From Longimicrobiales bacterium (GTDB taxonomy: Bacteria > Gemmatimonadota > Gemmatimonadetes > Longimicrobiales > Gaopeijiaceae), in NCBI GenBank assembly GCA_965226375.1, contig CBDDCX010000004.1, forward strand, positions 1 to 64,000: a stretch of DNA of 64,000 bases, given 5' to 3'. How positions within the stretch are numbered: the first letter of the stretch is position 1; each line of letters opens with the position of its first letter. Positions 18,425 to 27,414 of the stretch are shown here, one piece after another. The notes under the pieces are model-generated. The model was not told the origin of the DNA, made no database searches, and saw only the letters and a list, made by a program, of their open reading frames with translations. The translations under genes and the position numbers were made by a program.

Positions 18425-19263
18425 GGCGAGCTCTGCGTCAACTCTACACTCGCGTCAAGGGTCTCGCCGGCCGCTACCGTCACCGTCTGCGTAGTCGCCC
18501 CAAGGGCCTCGTGCCACACCTCGAGCGTATACGTGCCGGGGGGCACGTTCGAGAGGACGAAATCTCCGTCACCGTCGGTAACGGCATGGTATGGGTGGCC
18601 CGTGACCACGATCCAGCCGTTCATCCATCCATGGATATCGCACTTGACCGCCACCTTCTCGGCAACGTCGAAGGTCGCCTCGAGCTTCTCGAGCGCAGGA
18701 GGCTGGGTTCGGTTGAACGAGCGGTTGTCGAACGCCATGGTGTGGACGTTGTGGGACACATCGTCGCTATTCAGTATCTCGAGCACCTCGCCGACTGCCA
18801 CCATCACCACATGGGGATCGAAGTCGCACCCGTTCTGGTCCAAGGCGGGAGGCGATGCGGCCTCCTCGCGGGCGGCTCCACTGGTGATGTCCGTGAGGGA
18901 CACCACGACGTTGGCCAGTCCGCCTCCGGCGCCGACCTCGATGTCCTGTAGCTCGACGGACGAGCCACAGGCGTCCACATCGTCGGTAATGGTGATCGTG
19001 CGGGCCGCAGGCACCGCCCCGGCAAAGACGATCGTCCCGCTGATCGAGCCACCGTTCTCTACCGCGACCACGTTGTATCCGGAGCCACCACCGCCCTGGG
19101 CTTCACCCGCCGGTTGCCCCGCGGACCCAGGAGCCTGATCGGCGCTACCGCCGTCCCCACCGCATGCCGCCAGTCCCAGGACCAGCAACGCGGAAATGGT
19201 GTTGTTTATGCCTGCCGCCGAGCGGCCTGACGGCCCGCGGCGAAGTTGATTCTGGAATCGCAT
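18421..19263 (-). CDS. Lipoprotein with cupredoxin-like core and carboxypeptidase-regulatory-like beta-sandwich
   Basis: Lipobox LAAC; DQNGCDFDPHV, HNVH, KCDIHGWM, LSNVPPGTYTLEVWHE; CAGGAGG RBS before ATG 19263. Confidence 0.82.
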   Translation of the reverse strand: MRFQNQLRRGPSGRSAAGINNTISALLVLGLAACGGDGGSADQAPGSAGQPAGEAQGGGGSGYNVVAVENGGSISGTIVFAGAVPAARTITITDDVDACGSSVELQDIEVGAGGGLANVVVSLTDITSGAAREEAASPPALDQNGCDFDPHVVMVAVGEVLEILNSDDVSHNVHTMAFDNRSFNRTQPPALEKLEATFDVAEKVAVKCDIHGWMNGWIVVTGHPYHAVTDGDGDFVLSNVPPGTYTLEVWHEALGATTQTVTVAAGETLDASVELTQSSP

Positions 19264-19467
19264 CAGAGCCTCCTGTGGGCTCAGTCGTGTACGGGTTATT
19301 TGGCGGTTCAATCTGCGGCCTGAGGGCGCGTGGTCAAGGACCCTCGAGACGCTCGGCGGTGAGTGGCTACCCCCGCTTGTGGGAGGGTGGCGAAGGCAGT
19401 AATAGTTTAGGGTCGTCCATCCGCCTCGAATCGCTGCGAGCGATCTCAGCCAATCGGAGGTGAGAGC

Positions 19468-21225
19468 ATGAACAGGCACCGACCCTCCCGCTCACCGAAG
19501 CCCCGCGTCGCACTCACCGGCGTATTGTTGAGCCTCGCCCTAGTCGGCTGTCAGGATCGAGACAGCGCGCGGCTCCGATTCGTCATCTCCTTTCCCGAAC
19601 ACCGAAGCGCCGAGGCGCAAGACGGTCGAGTCCTCCTGTACATCTCCAAGAACGACAATGCCGAACCCCGCTTCCAAGCCGGGAACGGACTCGATACTCA
19701 GCTCGTCTTCGGCGTTGACGCGGAGGGGCTCGAGCCCGGCGAGGATGCGGTCATCAACGCGGGAGTCTTCGGATACCCGCTCGAGAGCCTCGCGCAGATT
19801 CCCCCGGGCGACTACTGGGTCCAGGCCCTCCTCAACCGATACGAGACTTTCCATCTGGGCGATGGGCGTGTCTTGAAGTTGCCTCCCGACAAGGGCGAGG
19901 GGCAGCATCTGGAACGCAAGCCGGGCAACTTCTACAGCGCCCCCCAGCGCATGCACATAGATCCTCGTGAGAAGGCTACGGTGCGGGTCTCGATGGATCG
20001 GGAGATTCCGCCGATCGTGCCACCCGAGGATACGAAGTACGTGAAGCACGTTCGTATGCAGAGCGAGCTCCTCTCGGAGTTCTGGGGCCGCCCCACGTAT
20101 CTGGGCGCGCACGTGCTCCTCCCGGAGGGATTCGACGAGCACCCCGAGGCCCGTTATCCACTAGCGATCTCCCACGGGCACTTCCCCGTAGACTTCGGAG
20201 GGTTCCGCGAGGCTCCACCCGACCCCGACCTGGCACCCGACTACAGCGCCCGCTTCGACCTAGAGGGTTACAACCGGATCGTCCAGGAGCACGCCCACCA
20301 GTTCTACCAAGAGTGGACCGGACCCGACTTCCCGAGAATGCTCATCATCTCGATCCAGCACCCCACTCCGTACTTCGATGACTCCTATGCGGTGAACTCG
20401 GAGAACATGGGCCCCTACGGTGACGCCATCACCCACGAGTTCATCCCCTTTATCGAGCAACGCTTCCGGGGAATCGGCGAGGGGTGGGCCCGCTTCCTGT
20501 ATGGAGGGTCGACGGGTGGGTGGGAGGCCCTGGCAGTTCAGGTCTTCTACCCCGACGAATACAACGGGGCTTTCGCAGCCTGCCCAGACCCGATCGACTT
20601 CCGGGCGTTCACGCTCGTCAACCTCTACGAGGACAACAACGCGTACTATCCCGACTCGGACTGGAAGCGGATCGCACGGCCGCGCAGCCGGACCACGCTG
20701 GGGCAGGTCACGACTACTCTCGAGGACGTGAACCATAAGGAGCTGGTACTGGGCACCAAGGGCCGCTCGGGCGGTCAACGCGACGTGTGGCTGACGCTCT
20801 TCGGTCCGCCCGGGGAAGACGGCTATCCCCGGCACGTCTGGGACAAGATGACGGGGGAGATCGACTCCGAGGTGGCCGAGTACATGAGGGAGAACTTCGA
20901 CCTACGCCATATCCTGCAGCGGGATTGGGCGACCCTGGGTCCGAAGCTGGTCGGCAAGATCCACATCTACGCGGGTGAGATGGACAACTCCTATCTCAAC
21001 AACGCCGTCTACCTCATGGAGGACTTCCTGGAGGGTACGACCGATCCCTATTACGACGGACTCGTAGACTACGAGCCCCGGGCCGGTCATTGCTGGAACG
21101 GCGATCACGACCGGCCCAACGCCCTCTCACGTCTGCGCTACAACCAGATGTACGTGCCCCGGATACTAGAGAGGATCACGGCAGCAGCGCCTCCCGGAGC
21201 GGACCTGACCAGTTGGAGGTATTGA
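19468..21225 (+). CDS. Putative esterase (alpha/beta hydrolase), lipoprotein
   Basis: Nucleophile elbow GGSTGGW, DDSYAVNS, IHIYAGEMDN, GHCW; lipobox LVGC. Confidence 0.75.
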   Translation: MNRHRPSRSPKPRVALTGVLLSLALVGCQDRDSARLRFVISFPEHRSAEAQDGRVLLYISKNDNAEPRFQAGNGLDTQLVFGVDAEGLEPGEDAVINAGVFGYPLESLAQIPPGDYWVQALLNRYETFHLGDGRVLKLPPDKGEGQHLERKPGNFYSAPQRMHIDPREKATVRVSMDREIPPIVPPEDTKYVKHVRMQSELLSEFWGRPTYLGAHVLLPEGFDEHPEARYPLAISHGHFPVDFGGFREAPPDPDLAPDYSARFDLEGYNRIVQEHAHQFYQEWTGPDFPRMLIISIQHPTPYFDDSYAVNSENMGPYGDAITHEFIPFIEQRFRGIGEGWARFLYGGSTGGWEALAVQVFYPDEYNGAFAACPDPIDFRAFTLVNLYEDNNAYYPDSDWKRIARPRSRTTLGQVTTTLEDVNHKELVLGTKGRSGGQRDVWLTLFGPPGEDGYPRHVWDKMTGEIDSEVAEYMRENFDLRHILQRDWATLGPKLVGKIHIYAGEMDNSYLNNAVYLMEDFLEGTTDPYYDGLVDYEPRAGHCWNGDHDRPNALSRLRYNQMYVPRILERITAAAPPGADLTSWRY

Positions 21226-21305
21226 GACACGGCCCAGGCGCCCCGGGCGACCGAGCGGATGGCCGGCGACCAGAGGCGTCGGATCCAACGCCACCTAGGG
21301 CCGGC

Positions 21306-23642
21306 TCACCGCCTGAACAGGTAGCTCAGCTTCATGAAAAAACGATCCTCGTCGCGCTCCATGTGACGGAACTCGAAGGCGTCGGGGTCCTCCATCGTGG
21401 CGCCGTATCCCAGAAACACGATGGTCCCCGGGGTGGGTCGGTAGGACAACAGAATGTCCCCGGTGAACTCGTTGCTCTCGAACGGTTCCGAAGGCACCCA
21501 GCCGCCCGCGTCGGAATCGAACAAGAAAATCGGCTCGTCCGTGTCACCGGCTCGGAGCGCGTCCTTCCGGACGGATGCGTACTGCCCCACCAACCGAATG
21601 AACAGGAACCGCGAGATCTGGTACTCGAGCGAGAGCCTCGGAATTCTCTCGATGGACATGTTCGAGTCATCCGATCGGCGGTCGAGAGTGAGTTGGCTAT
21701 AGCGAAAGTTCAGGCGTAATTGACCGGTCGGTCGCCAATTCATGTCCACACTGGGACGTAACAGCCACACGCTCCTCGCCTCGGCAAAGCCCACATCGCG
21801 CCACATGCTTACGCCCACCCGGGCCGAAAAAGAAGAAAACTCGGGGGTCGTGATGTTGGGGAGCCATCCTCGCACGCCTTGGATGCGATCAGGGGGGATC
21901 CAGGAAACCGTGTCGGCCCCGGTGGCCGAGGGGCGCACGACTCCATAGTCGGCATACCGCTCGGCGTTGAAAGCGTAACTCTCCCACCCGTAATTCACAC
22001 GCACCGACCACCCCCCGCGGAGCTGGAAGGAGTTCTGCAGAAACGTCTTGGTTTCCACGGGGGCTTCGTCCCAAAGGCCGAAGTAGTCCCACCAGTGACT
22101 GGTGCTGAATCCCGGTGTCCAGCGCTCGACCAACGAGCCCGGCTCGCCGTAGAGGTTCACGCTGGTGTTGGCGCGGGTCGAGATCACCCCGGGACGGTTG
22201 ACGAAGCCCACCTGCGTCTCGAAGTCAGGATGAATGCCCGCGATGCGGGCACCCAATACGAGCCGTCGGCCCCTCCGTTGGAAGTTCCCTTCCCATATCG
22301 GAGCATCAGTCGTGGTGCCGCCAGTCCTGGTAAAGCTCGCGCCTCCCTGAAGGGCAAGGGTGTACAGGCCGCCGAAAACCAAGCGCGCATCGGCGGCCGC
22401 TACCCGATTGAAGTCGTCACCAACGATACGATCCGTATACACCATGCCGATCGTGGACTGCCCCCCCACGTCGCGTCGTAACCGAATCGCATTGAAGTAG
22501 GGATTGGACTCTCCGCCGAAGGAGGTCGTCCGTGCAGCGTCCACACCCGAAAGCAACCCGACGTTCGTTCCTGCCACCTTGCCCGTCAGCTTCAGGCCGG
22601 CCACCGGGTCGCTGAGTTGCCTTGTGTAGATGAGTCGATTGGGTGTGTCGAACCGGTCGATTCCCTCGAGAAAGAACGGCCGCTTCTCTGGGAAGAAGAG
22701 AGCAAAGCGCTGATTGCTCGACAGCTGACCCACGTCGGCCTCGACCTGCGAGAAGTCGGGGTTCACAGTGGCGTCTAGGGTGAGGTTTGCGCTCAACCCC
22801 ACCCGTAGGCTCCCACCCAACTCGGTATCCGAATCCTAGACCCAGGGGTCATCCACGGCGGGCGCTCCGGACAGAGATGTCGTCAACGTTGGTGTGAAAT
22901 CGACGACCATACCTCGGGTCAGGTTGTTCAGACCGACCAGTCGCCCCGACTGCGCGAGGAACGATGCCGCTCCCCGGCTGGTCGAGGTCCAGGTGTCGGT
23001 GAATCCCGAATGCTGCACCTTGCGAATGACGTTGATGCCCCAATTCTGGATGTCGGACGCCTGGTAGCTGATGCTCTCGAAGGGAATGAAGACCTCCACC
23101 TCATACCCATAGTCCGTGACCCGCCCACGCGAGTCGAAGACGTAATCGGGTGTGAGATCGGTCCCTCTGTTGCCGCCCCCTCTGCCCGCACTTCCCTGCT
23201 CTCCCTCTGTGCGATTCCCATCCTGTTGGATTCCGAGCGGATTCACGCCGAAGAAGAGGGCCTGCCGCTGGTCGTCGAAGGTGTCGAGCAGGAGCTGGAC
23301 GTAATCATCCCCGTCGATCTTATCCCGGTCCGCGAGGGTGGCATTTACGGAACCGGACGCGTCGAACGCCCTGATGCCAAAGTAGATACCGGTGGGCGAA
23401 TACCAGACGAGCACCTGGGTCGTGTCGGCCGCAGGCCTCTGATCGACCGGCTCGTACTGGGAAAACCCCGTGAGGACCGCGGCGTTGGCCCAAACGGCCT
23501 CGTCCAGCGACCCGTCTATATCCGCACTCTGATCCAGACGAGGCAGGGCGACCTCGATGTCACCCCGAGTCCCGACGTAGACGGACTGGGGCTGTTGGAT
23601 CGAGGACGCCACAGTCAGAAGGCTCAGGAGGATCGGCAGCAT
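21306..23642 (-). pseudogene. CBM9-like/DUF5916 outer-membrane protein interrupted by an in-frame TAG (22836-22838)
   Basis: IDGSLDEAVW, DTFDDQRQA..NPLGIQQDG, then in the same frame after TAG: LDATVNPDFSQVEAD, FFPEKRPFFLEG; C-terminal KLSYLF. Confidence 0.8.
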
Positions 23643-23721
23643 CGGGACTCCGGCTCGGGCGGGTCGGCGGACGGACGGCTAAGCGATGATCGCTCCCGGA
23701 CCGCCACGCCACGTCGAGGAC

Positions 23722-24414
23722 TCAGGGCTGCGGCGTCTCGGACGCACCCGTGAACGTCACGTCGACGGAGATCGTCTCACCGTCTCCAACCTCGATTGTG
23801 GTCTTGACCTCACCGGACCACTCGCTCCAGGCGGTCAGTTCATACTGTCCGGGAGGCACCTCACTGATCGAGTACGTGCCGTCAGCGTTTGCCTTGGTGA
23901 AGAACCCGTTCTCCAGCACCAGAATGTGAGCGATCATCTGCGAGTGGATGTCGCACAGCACCAATACGCTGTCGGGCCTGGCAAAGACCCCGGTAAATGT
24001 CGAGCCGGGACGCTGACCGCGGTTGAAGTTGCGATTCCGGCGCCTACCCTTGGCGTAGGTATGGATGTTGTGGAGTTCGTCGTCGCTGTTGTGGAACGAC
24101 AATTCGTCACCCGCGAGAACGGGCATCACCCTGGGGACGAACGTGTAGTCTATCTGGTCCAGGAGCAGTTGCTCCGGGGTGTGGGTGGGCGCGGGTGTTT
24201 CAGCCGTCAGACCTTCGCCCGACAAATAGATCACGGCGTCCGTGACCTCGAAGAACTGCTCGTCGGGCAGGGTCTCGAAGCTCACTGTCCCTTGTACGGT
24301 GCCGGTCGCTGGCTCGTCGACCGCGGTCGAGGGACCGAACGCAGGCCAGAGGAACGGTGTGATGAGCCCTGCGGCCAGGGCCAGAGTACTGTGACGGGTC
24401 ATTTTGCTGTTCAT
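23722..24414 (-). CDS. Secreted cupredoxin-like / carboxypeptidase-regulatory-like domain protein (paralog of 18421-19263)
   Basis: DQIDYTFVPRV, HNIH, LCDIHSQM, ISEVPPGQYELTAW. Confidence 0.78.
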   Translation of the reverse strand: MNSKMTRHSTLALAAGLITPFLWPAFGPSTAVDEPATGTVQGTVSFETLPDEQFFEVTDAVIYLSGEGLTAETPAPTHTPEQLLLDQIDYTFVPRVMPVLAGDELSFHNSDDELHNIHTYAKGRRRNRNFNRGQRPGSTFTGVFARPDSVLVLCDIHSQMIAHILVLENGFFTKANADGTYSISEVPPGQYELTAWSEWSGEVKTTIEVGDGETISVDVTFTGASETPQP

Positions 24415-24846
24415 GTGTGCTCGTTCATCTTCGTGTGTGCCCGTACATCTCGTGCATACTTGCTGGTCTGGTTCACATGCTGCTACGTCATTGTGTTGGC
24501 CCGACCAGCGCAGCCCGTTCGATTTCATGCTACACCGTGCGCGCCGCTGAGATCGCCTTTCCCGTGCTCCGCCCCTCCCGAATCACCTTGAAGTGGGGCC
24601 ACCGTCGAGTGCATGAAGCAACACAATGTATTGATAAATGGTCTAATCCGGGGTGAGGACATGACTATTGCCCGGCAACCGATTCACACCGTATGTTCAA
24701 ATTCCTCACGGGCCCGCCGCTCCGAGAGGACAAGACATGCACGACTACTGTCGTGCGCTCGCCCGTGTCAGCCTCTGACCGAGTGTTCTTCGGCCACGAT
24801 ACCGCACCACGGGATCGGGCCGAATGATGCTTGTGAGGAGGAGCTT

Positions 24847-26265
24847 ATGAGACGGTCTACATTGTCCGACGTTACTCACCTTCTTGGCGCACTGTGGATC
24901 GCCTTCTCGGTGTTGCCGACGAGCGCGCTGGGTCAGGACTCGCCACACCCCAACAACTATGGCAATCTCGGGGACGCTCTCCCCGTAGGGGACCGTGGCA
25001 CTCCCAACATGCACTATCTGGGAAGCATCCCGCTCGGGGGTTTCCTCCATGTCGCAGATGTCGAGATAGAGCAGGAGTTGGATCGACCTTACGCATATGT
25101 GTCCAAGCGCTTTCGCCCATCCGGAATGGACATCGTAAGCCTTGAGGACCCGACCAATCCCAAACTGATCTATTCGTGGCGGATCGAGAACGCCGAGCTC
25201 CACCAGGGGTCGGGGGCACTCGATGGTCGGTACTTCAAGCATGAAGGCCGTTACTACATCGTTCAGTCGACGCAGTTCGGGGCGGGCGGGCCCAACAACG
25301 ATCTAGGTGCGGTCGTCTTCGACGTGACCGGGTTACCGGATCCGTCCACGGTCCGTGAAGTGGGAAGGATCAGAGCTCCCCTTACTCCCGGTGGGTTCCA
25401 CAACATCTTCACCTACAAGCACTCCGACGGACGGGCGCTACTCTTCACCACAACGAACGGCCCGCACGCAAATATCTACGACATGGGTCTGTTCCTGGAT
25501 GGAGATCCGGATTACGGGCTCGTGGGCCAGGTGCCGGTGCCCGAGACCCCCTTCTGGGCCCTGCGCGGTGGCCGGGCCAGTTGGCACGACTACTACGTCG
25601 CCTTCGATCCCGCTACGCAGCAAGATCGGCTCTGGGCCGGCGGAACGGGCGGATACTTCGTGTTCGACATTACAGACACGTCTAACCCCGAACTCCTGGT
25701 GTCCATCACCAACGTCCGTGGGGTCAACAGCGGACACACCTTCACGCCGTCCCCCGACGGCATGTTCGTCGTCGGCGAAATCGAGAGCCAGTGGCAGCCG
25801 CTGAGGATCTTCGACCTCCGCGACGCGTGGGCCGAAGGTGGGAATCCCGTGGTCAGCCGGGCCATCAGTGCCTGGACAGCCGACTATCAGAATCTGTCGC
25901 ACAACCATGAGGTTCGCTGGCCCTTCGTCTTCGTGTCAGCTTACGAGGACGGACTTCAGGTGTTCAACATGTTCGACCCGTTCAATCCCAGGACGGTCGC
26001 CTATTACGACACGTATTCGGGCCCGCACATGGCTCGTGGGCACGGGAATGTCAACCTGGGTGCCTGGGGTGTGGACGTTCGCAACGCTGACGGCCTGATC
26101 GTCGTCAGCGACATGGTGAGTGGGCTCTACACGTTCAAGATGGACGGCTTCCCGAGCTGGAACGGGAACGATTGGAACATGCCCAACATTTCGAGCGCCC
26201 AGGATTGGGATAACGGGCCGGAAGGTTCCCAGCGCCGGACCACCATGGAAGACGGTGGTAACTAA
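24847..26265 (+). CDS. Secreted LVIVD-repeat beta-propeller protein
   Basis: Repeats such as MDIVSLEDPTNP, FDITDTSNPELL, LQVFNMFDPFNP; HN motifs; GAGGAGGAG RBS before ATG 24847. Confidence 0.75.
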   Translation: MRRSTLSDVTHLLGALWIAFSVLPTSALGQDSPHPNNYGNLGDALPVGDRGTPNMHYLGSIPLGGFLHVADVEIEQELDRPYAYVSKRFRPSGMDIVSLEDPTNPKLIYSWRIENAELHQGSGALDGRYFKHEGRYYIVQSTQFGAGGPNNDLGAVVFDVTGLPDPSTVREVGRIRAPLTPGGFHNIFTYKHSDGRALLFTTTNGPHANIYDMGLFLDGDPDYGLVGQVPVPETPFWALRGGRASWHDYYVAFDPATQQDRLWAGGTGGYFVFDITDTSNPELLVSITNVRGVNSGHTFTPSPDGMFVVGEIESQWQPLRIFDLRDAWAEGGNPVVSRAISAWTADYQNLSHNHEVRWPFVFVSAYEDGLQVFNMFDPFNPRTVAYYDTYSGPHMARGHGNVNLGAWGVDVRNADGLIVVSDMVSGLYTFKMDGFPSWNGNDWNMPNISSAQDWDNGPEGSQRRTTMEDGGN

Positions 26266-26448
26266 CTTAATAGTCGCTATCCCATTTATGGTATAGGGGT
26301 CTGTAACTTGACCGAGTCCCCCAACGTATTGACTTCTCAATGGCGGAATACGTGTCATTTGCGGTCTGAATTCCGCATGAGTCTGTCCGAACAGTTGGAC
26401 CGTCCAGCTGACCCACAGTCCAACGTCCCGACAGGACAGGAGGACTCC

Positions 26449-27045
26449 ATGACAGGGGTACGGAGACTTTTCCTCGCAGTAATTGTCAGCGCGATCGCCG
26501 CGCTACCCGCCAACGCCCAGGAGGCTGTCAACAGCATCTCCCTTTCGGTGCACGGCGGATTCATAAACTCCCCCACCGACTTCGACGCGGATCGCGCGGT
26601 CGATTACGGCTCGGGAGTCCGCTTTGGTGGCGGTCTCGATCTGCAGATTTATGAGCGTCTCTCGATCAAAGGAAGCGCCAGCCTTGCGTCCGGTTCCGGG
26701 ACGGATGTCACTGGGGGCATTAACGAAGACGTGACCCTGGACCGCCAGTTTTACGGAGGTGGTGTCGAGGTCTTGTTGATGACGGGCAGGAACGTCGAGC
26801 CTTATTTGTACGGCGGCGGCGGGCTGGTGATTGTCGATCGCGTCGGCGGTACGACGACCAGCTACTCGTACGACGTCACCGAGTTCACTGGTGTGGTGGG
26901 CGTAGGAATCCGGTACATGTTCGACTCCAACGCGTTCTTCTTCGTAGACGGTACGAATTGGATCTACAACAACTCCGTCACAGACAGTGCACAAAACGAC
27001 TCGTCTCTGAGCGTCGGATTGGGCTACCGCTGGGGTGGCAACTAA
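26449..27045 (+). CDS. Small outer-membrane beta-barrel protein
   Basis: Signal ending ANA-Q, alternating beta-strand pattern, PYLYGGGG, C-terminal VGLGYRW; AGGAGG RBS. Confidence 0.75.
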   Translation: MTGVRRLFLAVIVSAIAALPANAQEAVNSISLSVHGGFINSPTDFDADRAVDYGSGVRFGGGLDLQIYERLSIKGSASLASGSGTDVTGGINEDVTLDRQFYGGGVEVLLMTGRNVEPYLYGGGGLVIVDRVGGTTTSYSYDVTEFTGVVGVGIRYMFDSNAFFFVDGTNWIYNNSVTDSAQNDSSLSVGLGYRWGGN

Positions 27046-27414
27046 AACAGTAGGTGAGGGTAGGGCCCTGAGTTGGAGGGTGGTTCTGTCTTGACAGAGC
27101 CTCGGGATGATGGGGGCGAGGGCCCCGCAGTACGATGAGTGGCACGGGATGAGGAAGCCAGCTTCCTCGCCCGCTGTAAGACGGCTTCGTGATCCGCCGC
27201 ATTCCGGCTCGCCATCGGTCGAGTCGGCGCGAAGTCGCGGTACCGTGAGAGGGCATATGACAAGGACCTTCCAGTCCTTTTTGCAGCGCCCACCTAAAGG
27301 CGTCCCTCTCCGTGCTCATCACATCCACATCCAAGAAGGAGTCCGCTTATGACCTGTAATGAACGTTTGAATTCTGTAAAGACTATTCGGCAACACATCG
27401 CAAGGAGGTTAGCA

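Noticed and set aside
12803..19263. Calling the cluster a nitrite oxidoreductase or Mn-oxidation system
   Set aside because: No molybdopterin catalytic subunit, Fe-S subunit or porin-multiheme conduit in the window; only the accessory/oxidase-like module is visible
22836..22838. Pyrrolysine or genome-wide TAG recoding
   Set aside because: TAG is the normal stop of many intact genes here (GrpB, APC, amidohydrolase, SusD); no pyl genes are in the window; the protein is not a methyltransferase
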